A program made the position numbers and the translations under genes. Below are positions 13,503 to 24,179 of a DNA stretch of 64,000 bases, piece by piece. The notes under the pieces were generated by a model, which was not told the origin of the DNA, did not search any database, and saw only the letters and a list, made by a program, of their open reading frames with translations. Within the stretch, counting starts at the first letter, position 1; each line of letters starts with the position of its first letter. The DNA is from Mobula hypostoma (Eukaryota), in contig NC_086108.1 of assembly GCF_963921235.1 (NCBI RefSeq), forward strand, positions 60,204,001 through 60,268,000, read 5' to 3'.

Positions 13503-15149
13503 AAGAGATTGTGAGAATGGTTAATTATGTTAGCTGATGATGAGATTCAGGACCTCAGAAATTGAATGTAAGGCTAAAAAAAAACTTAAATGCTTTGCTA
13601 TAACTGGCCCTAGTCAGTGATTTGATCTCCAGTTACCATGTGCTGCTAACTGCACTGTTCTCCTCATGTTGTCATTATTAATGCGTAGGGCTGCCAACAG
13701 GATAATATTAAGTGAGATATATTTACTCTAATGGAAATTTTGGGGTGGAAAGTCTGATGACTTCCCAGTGTGGGAATTATACCTACAAGGGCTGAATCCA
13801 GGACCAGGAATGGCATGGTGACCTTGAACTTGTAAATGGTTTAAGCAACCTCATCAGAAAGACAACACATGTTTGAACAAAAAACGTGAAGTGAATTAAT
13901 AATGGGCTTGAAATGTGACTTCTGGTAGAAACACCTATCTCTTTTTTAAATTTCAGTAGCTCCTGAAGTTGAATTGGTTTTGTTTTGCTTGATCTTAAGA
14001 AGATGTGTTCTTTTACAATAAAAACATTTTTCACTATTGCATTTTTTCCTTTAGTTTCTGCTCTTGAATTCTACATCCATCTTATCTCTTTGAGGTTTTC
14101 CTTCTTCAAAGCATTACTTAAAGCATCTGCTGATAACAATCCCTCCCTCTATTGAAATGCTGTCTCCTTGGCTACAATAAGCTCCATACTCCTCCTCCAG
14201 TGCAATGCAAGTGCATTAGATTTACTTCTGTTGTCTCTCTTTATTCTCTATGCATGTTACTGCACTTGGCTCCTTGTAACACCTGACATCTTCACAACCT
14301 TTCTTTCCCTCCACTCTACCATTATTTAGCCACAGTACTTCAAGACGGTTGGGATTGCAGAATGTGCCTCTTACAGTGACTGACTCATACCTGATCTCAA
14401 CTGATTTATTTTAATAGTATTTCAAGACATGATCTGGTCATAGACCATCTCATTGCTTGTCCACTTACAATCCCAGTCAGTTTTCTCAAAGGTGTATTTT
14501 ATTAACTATTTCACTTTCCATTGCTAATATACATTTTCTATTTATTTTTGATATATTGGATAGTATGGAAAAGAAGTCATAGATATATTTTGGTTTTCAA
14601 GAGATTAGGACTGTGAGGACCACAAGAGGGTCAACTCAGATTAAAAAAAACATTGAATGGGTAGAAATATTGGTGGGGGGGGGGTTATTTTTAATTACTT
14701 GCCTGAGCAGAGATGAAAGTGAAAACAATGACTACTTGAAGAATGAGCTGCAAACTGTACCTCTGACTTTTTAGCTAGTTGGCTGTAAGGTCTGCGTAGG
14801 AGGAACACAATTCTAACCATGGGAGCATGTGTAAAATATAATTTGCATTCCACTTGAGGAAAATGTGGAGTATTTATATGTTTGCAAATTTGTTGAAGCT
14901 ATTCCCAGTAGTAATGGGTTGTGAATGAGCAAAATGCTGATTTCAATTATCATTGGATCACAAAAATGTGTTTAATTTTTTTTAATTACCCAAAATAAAT
15001 TTCACACACTTATCTTCCAAAACGGATTGTAATTTTAATTGTTACAGAATCTATCTAGTGGTAAGATTCCATCTTATTTACAAGTTAAAGGTTTCAGATC
15101 TGATGAAATAAATGGCAAACTTGATAAGGCGATGAGATAAAGCACCGGG

Positions 15150-15617
15150 GACTTCACTTCTGTGGAGACTCTCCTACAGAACTTGTTTCTTACCATGATT
15201 TCATCCTTTCTCACATGGACCAGTCTCTTCCCAAGTGCATTGGCCATCATATTTGACAGTTTCCAATTCATTGATTCCATCTGGCTCATCTTCACCATGC
15301 TGGCTCCACACCTCCATCCCACACCAAGATGGTTTGAGGGACCTCAGTTTTTGCATTCCCTGAAGAGAGATTTAAATAGCTCCCTGTCACCAACACATTT
15401 ATTTGCCTGTATGATTTCATTCTCCCATTGAACAACTTCTCTTTCAACTCCATTCATCCTTTTTGCAAAGAGTTTTAGCTATGATGATGTCCAAGTTATG
15501 CCTGTCTTTTTGTACAATACATGGAACAGTCCATGTTTCAGTTCTATTCTCAATCCATCATTTGGTACATTAGTGACTGTATCAATGCATCTTTCTGCAC
15601 ACATACGGAACTCAATA
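15150..15617 (+). mobile_element. Penelope-like RT fragment (degraded)
   Basis: LIFTM..., LNNFSFNS, PSYACLF.QYMEQSMFQ, WYISDCINASFCTHTEL (cf. PLE RT ...RYIDDCIGAASCTHAEL). Confidence 0.65.
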
Positions 15618-16328
15618 CTAGAAGCTTGGAACTCCTACAGCACATACTGGCCCTTCAGCCCACAAAACTATGCTGTACATGTCCTTACTTTAGAAATTAT
15701 CCAGGGTTACACATGGCCCTCTATTTTTCTGAGCTCCATGTACCTATCCAGAAGTCCCTTAAAAGACCCAGTCATATCTGCCTCCACCACCGTCGCAGGC
15801 AGCCCATTCCACACACTCACCACTCTCTACGTAAACAACTCACCACTACCATCTCCTCGGTACCTACTTCCAAGCACCTTAAAACTGTGCGCTCTCGTGT
15901 TAATCAGTTCAGCTCTGGGAAAAAGCCTCTGACTATCCACACGATCAATGCCTCTCATCATCTTATACACCTCTATCAGGTCAGCTCTCATCCTCCGTCG
16001 CTCCAAGGAGAAAAGGCCGAGTTCACTCAGTCTATTCTCATAGGACATGCTCCCTAATCCAGGCAACATCCTTGTAAATCTCCTCTGCACTCTTTCTATG
16101 GTTTTCACATCCTTCATATAGTGAGGGGACCAGAACTGAGCACAGTACTCCAAGTGGGGTCTGACCAGGGTCCCATATAGCTGCAACATTACCTCTTACT
16201 CCTAAACTCAATCCCACGGTTGTTGAAGGCCAAAGCACCACAGAGTCAACCTGTGAAGCAGCTTTGAGTGTCCTATGGACTCGGACCCCAAGATACCTCT
16301 GATCCACCACACCACCAAGAGTCTCACC

Positions 16329-18012
16329 TTTCTACTCTCCCCTCCCACCCCTCCTCACAGTCCCCCACCCTGCTCTCATGACTTTACCCCTTCCCCACAC
16401 GAAACCACCACAGTGGGCTTCACAGCTGAACAGGTGAGAAGACAGCTGAAACGTCTCAACCCAAGCAAGGCTGCAGGACCGGATGGTGTCAGTACCAGGG
16501 TGCTCAAAGCCTGTTCCCCTCAGCTATGTGGAGTACTTCGCCCTGTATTCAACATGAGCCTGAGGCTCCGGAGGGTTCCTGTGCTGTGGAAGACGTCCTG
16601 CCTCGTCCCTGCGCCGAAGATGCCGCACCCCAGCGGCCGCAATGACTACAGACCGGTGGCATTGACCTCCCACATCATGAAGACCCTGGAGAGACTTGTT
16701 CTGGAGCTGCTCCGGCCTATGGTCAGGCCACACTTAGATCCCCTCCAATTCGCCTACCAACCCCGACTAGGAGTTGAGGATGCCATCGTCCACCTGCTGA
16801 ACCGTGTCTACGCCCACCTGGACAAGCCAGCGAGCACTGTGAGGGTCATGTTTTTTGACTTCTCCAGTGCATTCAACACCATCTGCCCTGCTCTGCTGGG
16901 GGAGAAGCTGACAGCGATGCAGGTGGATGCTTTCCTCGTGTCATGTATTCTCGATTACCTGACTGGCAGACCACAGTACGTGTGCTTGAAACACTGTGTG
17001 TGTCTGACAGAGTGATCAGCAGCACTGGGGCTCCACAGGGGACTGTCTTGTCTCCCTTTCTCATCACAATTTACACCTTGGACTTCACTACTGCACAGAG
17101 TCTTGTCATCTTCAGAAGTTTTCTGATGACTCTGCCATAGTTGGATGCATCAGCAAGGGAGATGAGGCTGAGTACAGGCCTACGGTAGGAAACTTTGTCA
17201 CATGGTGTGAGCAGAATTATCTGCAGCTTAATGTGGAAAAGACTAAGGAGCTGGTGGTGAACCTGAGGAGGGCTAAGGCACCGGTGACCCCTGTTTCCAT
17301 CCAGGGGGTCAGTGTGGACATGGTGGAGGATTACAAATACCTGGGAATACGAATTGACAATAAACTGGACTGGTCAAAGAACACTGAGGCGGTCTACAAG
17401 AAGCATCAGAGCCATCTCTATTTCCTGAGGAGACTGAGGTCCTTTAACATCTGCCAGATGATGCTGAGGATATTCTACGAGTCTGTGGTGGCCAGTGCGA
17501 TCATGTTTGCTGTTGTGTGCTGGGGCAGCAGGCTGAGGATAGCAGACACCAACAGAATCAACAAATTCATTCGTAAGGCCAGTGATGTTGTGGGGATAGA
17601 ACTGGACTGTCTGACGGTGGTGTCTGAAAAGAGGATGCTGTCCAAGTTGCATGCCATCTTGGACAATGTCTCCCCTCCACTACATAATGTACTGGTTGGG
17701 CACAGGAGTAGATTCAGCCAGAGACTCATTCCACTGAAATAGAACACAGAGCGTCATAGGAAGTCATTCCTGCCTGTGGCCATCAAACTTTACAACTCCT
17801 CCCTTGGAGGGTCAGACACCCTGAGCCAATAGGCTGGTCCTGGACTTATTTCCTGGCATAATTTACATATTACTATTTCACTATTTATGGTTTTATTACT
17901 ATTTAATTATTTATGGTGCAACTGTAATGAAAACCAATTTCCCCCGGGATCAATAAAGTATGACTATGACTATGACTATGACTATGACTATGACTATGAC
18001 TATGACTATGAC
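16329..18012 (+). mobile_element. Rex1/Babar-type LINE, 5'-truncated, with (ATGACT)n tail
   Basis: KAAGPDGVS, NDYRPVALTSHIMKTLERL, LDPLQFAYQ, FFDFSSAFNTI, GAPQGTVLSP, HLYFLRRLRSFNIC; hexamer tail at 17960-18012. Confidence 0.9.
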
Positions 18013-18624
18013 TAATAATACTATATTCTGCCATCATATTTGACCTACCAAAATGAACCACCCCACACTTATCTGGGCTGAACTCCATCTGCCACTTCTC
18101 AGCCCAGTTTTGCATCCTATTAATGTCCCGCTGTAACCTCTGACAGTCCTCCACACTATCCACAACCCCCTCAACCTTTGTGTCATCAGAAAATTTACTA
18201 ACCCCACCCTCCACTTCCTCATCCAGATCATTTATAAAAATCACAAAGAGTAAGGGTTCCAGAACAGATCCCTGAGGCACACCACTGGTGACTGAACTCC
18301 ATGCAGAATATGACCTGTCTACAATCACTCTTTGCCTTCTGTGGGCAAGCCAGTTCTGGATCCAGAAAGCAATGTCCCCTTGGATCCCATGTCTCCTTAC
18401 TTTCTCAATAAGCCTTGCATGGGATACCTTATCAAATGCCTTGCTGAAATCCATATATACTACACCTACTGCTCTATCTTCATCAATGTGTTTAGTCACA
18501 TCCTCAAAAAACTCAGTCAGGCTTGTAAGGCACGACCTGCCTTTGACAAAGCTGTGCTGACTAATCCTAATCATATTATGTCTCTCCAAATGTTCGTACA
18601 TCCTGCCTCTCAGGATCTTTTCCA

Positions 18625-18966
18625 GCAACACACACAAAAAATGCTGGTGAATGCAGCAGGCCAGGCAGCATCTATAGGAGGAGGTACAGTCAATGTTTCG
18701 GGCCGAGAACCTTCGTCAGGACTAACTGAAAGAAGAGATAGTAAGAGATTTGAAAGTGGGAGGGGGAGGGGGAGATCTGAAATGATAGGAGAAGACAGGA
18801 AGGGGAGGGATGGAGCCAAGAGCTGGACAGGTGATTGGCAAAAGGGATACAAGGCTGGAGAGGGGAGAGGATCATGGGACGGGAGGCCTAGGGAGAAAGA
18901 AAAGGGGAGGGGGGAAGCCCAGAGGATGGGCAAGGAGTATATTGAGATGGACAGAGGCAGAAAAAG

Positions 18967-19010
<44 letters not shown>

Positions 19011-20148
19011 ATTAATAATAAATAAATAAATAATGGATGGGGTACGAAGGGGAGGTGGGGCATTAACGGAAGTTAGAGAAGTCACTGTTCATGCCATCAG
19101 GTTGGAGGCTATCCAGATGGAATATAAGTTGTGTTCCTCCAACCTGAGTGTGGCTTCATCTTTACAGTAGAGGAGGCCGTGGATAGACATATCAGAATAG
19201 GAATGGGACGTGGAATTAAAAAGTGTGGCCACTGGGAGTTCCTGCTTTGTCTGGCAGACAGAGCACAGGTGTTCAGCGAAATGGTCTCCCAGTCTGTGTC
19301 GGGTCTCGCCAATATATAGAAGGCGGCATCGGGAGCACCGGATGCAGTATACCACCCCAGCCTACTCATGGGTGAAGTGTCGCCTCACCTGGAATGACTG
19401 TTTGGGGCCCTGAATGGTGGTAAGGGAGGAAGTGTAAGGGCATGTGTAGCACTTGTTCCTCTTACAAGGATAAGTGCCAGGAAGGAGATCGGTGGGAAGG
19501 GATGGGGGTGACGAATGGACAAGGGAGTCGCGTAGTAAGCAGAGGGGGGCAGGGAAAGACGTGCTTATTGGTGGGATCCCGTTGGAGGTGGCGGAAGTCA
19601 CAGAGAATTATATGTTAGACCCAGAGGCTGGTGGAGTGGTAGGTGAGGACAAGGTGAACCCTATTCCTAGTGGGGTGGCGGGAGGATGGGGTGAGAGCAG
19701 ATGTGCGTGAAATGGGAGAGATGCATTTGAGAGCAGAGTTGATGGTGGAGGAAGGGAAGCCCCTTTCTTTAAAAAAGGAGGACATCTCCTTCGTCCTGGA
19801 ATGAAAAGCCTCATCCTGAGAGCAGATGCGGCGGAGACAGAGGAATTGCGAGAAGGGGATGGCATTTTTGCAAGAGACAGGGTGGGAAGAGGAATAGTCC
19901 AGGTAGCTGTGAGAGTCCATAGGCTTATGGTAGACATCAGTAGATAATCTGTCTCCAGAGATAGAGACAGAAAGATTAAGAAAGGGGAGGGAGGTGTTGG
20001 AAATGGACCAGGTAAACTTGAGGGCAGGGTGAAAGTTGGAGGCAAAGTTAATGAAGTTAACGAGCTCAGCATGTGTGCAGGAAGCAGCGCCAATGCAGTC
20101 ATCGATATAGCGAAGAAAAAGTGGGGGACAGATACCAATATAGGCTTG
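18625..20148 (-). mobile_element. Penelope-like element (RT thumb, GIY-YIG endonuclease, terminal pLTR), 5'-truncated
   Basis: DSHSYLDYSSSHPVSCKNAIPFSQFL.LRRICS; VYCIRCSRCRLLYIGETRHRLGDHFAEH (GIY-YIG); (GA)n at ~18969-19006. Flanked by the duplication ggatcttttcca (18613-18624 and 20149-20160). Confidence 0.9.
18687..18724 (-). ncRNA. Minimal type I hammerhead ribozyme motif of the PLE terminus (slightly mutated)
   Basis: Minus strand agtc-c-CTGACGA-a-ggttctcggccc-GAAAC-att-gactg: hammerhead core boxes with short stem II and stem I (agtc/gact). PLE termini are known to carry minimal hammerheads. Confidence 0.65.
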
Positions 20149-22294
20149 GGATCTTTTCCATCAACTTACCGACCACTAAAATAAGACTCTCCGGTCTATA
20201 ATTTCCTGGGCTATCTCTACTCCCTTTCTTGAATATGGGAACAACATCCGCAACCCTCCAATCCTCCAGAACCTCTCCCATCCCCATTTTTGATGCAAAG
20301 ATCATTGCCAGAGGCTCAGCAATTTCCTCCTTTGCCTCCTACAGTAGCCTGAGGTACATCTTGTCTGGTCCTGTTGACTTATCCAACTTGATGCTTTCCA
20401 AAGCTCCAAGACATCACTTTTTTTAATATCTATATGCTCAAGCTTTTCAGTCCACTGGAAGTCATCCTTACAATTGCCAAGATCCTTTTCTGTAGGCAAA
20501 GTATTAATTAAATACCTCTGCTATCTCCTCCAGTCCCATACATGCTTTTCTACTGTCACAATTGGTCCTATTCTCTCATGTCTTATTCTCTTGCTCTTCA
20601 CATACTTGTAGAATACCTTGGGGTTTTCCTTAATCCTGTCCGCCAAGGCCTTCTCATGGCCCCTTCTGGCTCTCCTAATTTCATTCTTAAGCTCCTGCTG
20701 GCCTTATGATCTTCAAGATCTCTATCATTACCTAGTTTTTCAAAACCTCGTAAGCTTTTCTTTTTGACTAGACTTACAACAGCTACAGTTCTTGTACTCT
20801 ACCATCCTTTCCCTGTCTCATTAGAACGTACCTATACAGAACTCCACGCAAATATCCCCTGGACATTTGCCACATTTCTGCCGTACATTTCCCTGCGAAC
20901 ATTTGTTCCCAATTTATGCTTCTAAGTTCCTGCCTGATGGCCTCCTATTTTCCCTTACTCCAATTAAACGCTTCCCTAACTTATCTGTTCCTATCCCTCT
21001 CCAATGCTACGGTAAAGGAGATAGAACTGTGATCACTATCTCCAAAATGCTCTCCCACTGAGAGATCTGACACCTAACCAGGTTCAATTCCCAATACCAG
21101 ATCAAGTACAGCCTCTCCTCTTGTAGGCTTTTCTACATATTGTTTCAGGAAACCTTCCTGAACACACCTAACCCCATCTAAACCCTTCATTCTAGGGAGA
21201 TGCCAATCAATATTTGGGAAATTAAAATCTCCCACCATGACAACCCTGTTATTATTACATCTTTCCAGAATCTGTCTCCCTATCTGCTCATCGATGTCCC
21301 TGTTACTATTGGGTGGTTGATAAAAAACACCCAGTAGAGTTATTGACCCCTTCCTGTTCTTAACTTTCACCCACAGAGACTCAGTAGACAACCCCTCCAT
21401 GACTTCCTCCTTTTCTGCAGCCATGACACTCTGATCGGCGGTGCCATATCCCCACCTCTTTTGCCTCCCTCCCTGTCCTTTCTGAAACATCTAAAGCCTG
21501 GCACTCTAAGTAACCATTCCTGCCCCTGAGCCATCTAAGTCTCTGTAATGGCCACAATATCATAGCTCCAAGTAGTAATCCACACTCCAAGCTCATCCTC
21601 TTTGTTCATAATACTCCTTGCATTAAAATAGACACATCTCAAACCATCGGTCTGAGCGCGTCCCTTCTCTATCACCTGCCTATCCTCCCCTTCACACTAT
21701 CTACAAGCTTTTTCCATTTGTGAGCCAACTTCCTCTTCCTCCGTCTCTTCAGTTCGGTTCCCACCCCCCAGCAATTCTAGTTCAAACTCACCCCAATAGC
21801 TGTAGCAAGCCTCCCCACCGGGATATTGGTCCCTCTCAGATTCAAGTGCAACTCGTCCTTTCTGTACAGGTCACACCTGCCCCAAAAGAGGTCCCAATGA
21901 TCCAGAAATCTAAATCCCTGCCCCCTGCTCCAATCCCTCAGCCACGCATTTATCCTCCACCTCATTCTATTCCTGTATTCACTGTCACGTGGCACAGGCA
22001 GTAATCCCGAGATTACTACCTTTGAGGTCCTGCTTCTCAACTTCCTTCTTAACTCCCTGTAGTCTGCTTTCAGGACTTCCTCCCTTTTCCTACCTATGTC
22101 ATTGGTACCAATATGTACCATGACCTCTGTCTGTTCTCCTTCCCACTTCAGGATATCATGGACTCGATCAGAAACATCCCAGACCCTGGCACCTGGGCAG
22201 CAAACTACCATCAGTTTTTCTTTCCTGCATCTACAGAATCGCCTGTCTAACCCCCTAGTTATAGAGTCCACAGGGCCAGACTCTGTGCCGATCA

Positions 22295-22560
22295 GGATTC
22301 GATTTGTAAGGAGTTCATATGTTCTCCCCATGACTGCATGGGGTTTCTCCAGGTGCTCTGGTTTTCTCCCACACTTCAAAGATGTAGTTAGAGTTAGGAA
22401 GTTGTAGGTATCCTATGTTGGCGCCAGAAGCATGGCGATACTTGTGGGCTGTCTCCAGCTCAATCCTTGCTGATTTGAAATGTCACAAACGACACACTTC
22501 ACTGTATGTTTTTGTATTTTCAATGTACACTTGACAAATAAAATAAATCTTTAATCATTA
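22295..22560 (+). mobile_element. V-SINE-type SINE
   Basis: tgtaaggagttcatatgttctccccatgactgcatgggtttctccaggtgctctggttttctcccaca core, with a tail ending gacaaataaaataaatctt. Confidence 0.6.
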
Positions 22561-24179
22561 GCCATCCCTTGTAAAACTAACTGTTTTCCTTTCTTCGCTA
22601 TATGACCCGATTTGCTGAGCACTTCCTACAACTCTGCATTTCACAAATTTTACATGTTTCTTTTATTTGTATTATTGGTCTCCGACCAGACTTACTAACA
22701 GTTTATCTATCTGGCCTCATCCTAGAGATATTCACTTCATGCTCTGCCTCTCCCTCTCTGCAACTTAAAACCATTTTGATTTCATTTTCTTAAATCTGAT
22801 GAAAGATCTTTGACTTAAAACATTAACTGTATCTTTCTCACATATCCTGCCTAGCCTGCTCAGTTTTTCCTGCATTTTTTGTTTTTAATGTTTTCAAAAG
22901 AGAAAGTTTAAATAGAGTTTATTGCCATATGCACAGGAGTAATGATAGACATACTCATGGAACCATATGAGATTTAGATTTATTTATCACATGTACATCG
23001 AAACATACAGCGAAATGCATCATTTGTGTTTCTAACCAGCACAATCTGAGGATGTGCTGGGGGTAGCCTGCAAGTGTCCCCACAAAATCTGGCACCAGCA
23101 TAGAGTGCCAACAGTATTCAGTGAGTGGAATAACACACAGCCAAAATACACAAGCAACAACAGGAACATGTTCACAAGAAAAACATGCATTTAAAGCATA
23201 CCTTGAATATGAAATTATGTTGCTGTTAGCTGCCAGCAGAGTGTCACCTCTCTCCAGTGCCATTATAACACTCATTCTAAAATTCTTCAATATTTTAACT
23301 ATTTATTGCGAATTTATTAATGTAGACTGTTAAGATAGTTATGCTAGTTCAGGAATACTAACTATTCAGCAACTAATCAATGGAAATTGGACAAGTTTAC
23401 TGTAATAATAGGCAACAGTGAATAGGATTAGTGTAAATAGGTGTGAGTTGATCAATGGGGACTTGATGGACCAAAGAGACTGTTTCCATAGTTTGTGGGT
23501 CTGGCAGTCATTATCAATGGGTGTAGTTCAAAATGTGTGGCCTACACTATGTGCTTGATGTGTAGAGAGAAGGAATTAGACTGGAACAGCATCCTGGTTG
23601 AATGGGCTAATCTCTCTGTTGTCTTTTTGTATCTCAATGAACAATCTGCTAGCAGAACTGGGCAGGAAAATTGTGGATGTATCGGGTTGCGATCTTGCTT
23701 TAGAGTTTTCCTTTCCTCCCATTGATTCGTCTTTTACCAGCTGAGTTCCTGCAGCAGGTTGTTTGGTTCTCCAGATTCCAGTATTTGCAGCCTCTTCTGT
23801 TTCTATTTTTATTTCATTCCGATAAGAAAAATTTATCAGTATGAGGAAGAACATGGTTTCATGACATTTCATGATACTGAAGGTAAAGATCTGCTTTACA
23901 TCCAGACTCAAGCTTTCAGGGTATAGTTAATAATTTTTAATTTTTCTTAGCACTTGGTCTTTATTCTCAGCAAAATATGTGCTCTCACCCATCCCATTAT
24001 TTCTGTAGCATTTGATTAGTTGCTCTGAGGTGTTTTGAATGATGGTTCACAGCAAATTAAAACATAAATATTCCCAAATTCATACAAGATTAAAAAGTTA
24101 CTTGAAATTTTTGATTTGGTATGAATTAAAAATTCTTCTTATGAAAGTTTTATTAGTTTCTTGGATTTTTAAAAATGAA

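Larger units (their letters stand above)
15620..22275 (-). mobile_element. Near-full-length CR1 LINE (ORF1 SGNH esterase, AP endonuclease, RT, 3' end), split by Rex1 and Penelope insertions
   Basis: ORF1 PGARVWDV...VHIGTNDIG...DELHLN (21777-22270); EN VMVGDFNFPNIDW (21074-21600); RT segments at 20150-20500 and 18014-18624 (DFSKAFDKV, GVPQGSVL, FSDD); 3' end LVRPHLEYCAQFWSP (15640-16328). Confidence 0.9.

Noticed and set aside
13783..14130. Purine-rich minus ORF in unique sequence
   Set aside because: In-frame stops upstream, no recognisable domain or convincing splice sites.
17903..18637. 244-aa ORF ending in a poly-(HS) repeat
   Set aside because: CR1 RT reading into the antisense (ATGACT)n tail of the Rex1 insert; not a real protein.
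18332..19025. ORFs with poly-(ER) tracts
   Set aside because: Antisense frames across CR1/PLE and a (GA)n microsatellite.
21777..22379. 200-aa SGNH hydrolase-like ORF as a host lipase gene
   Set aside because: It is CR1 ORF1, directly upstream of the CR1 endonuclease; its N-terminus derives from an adjacent SINE.
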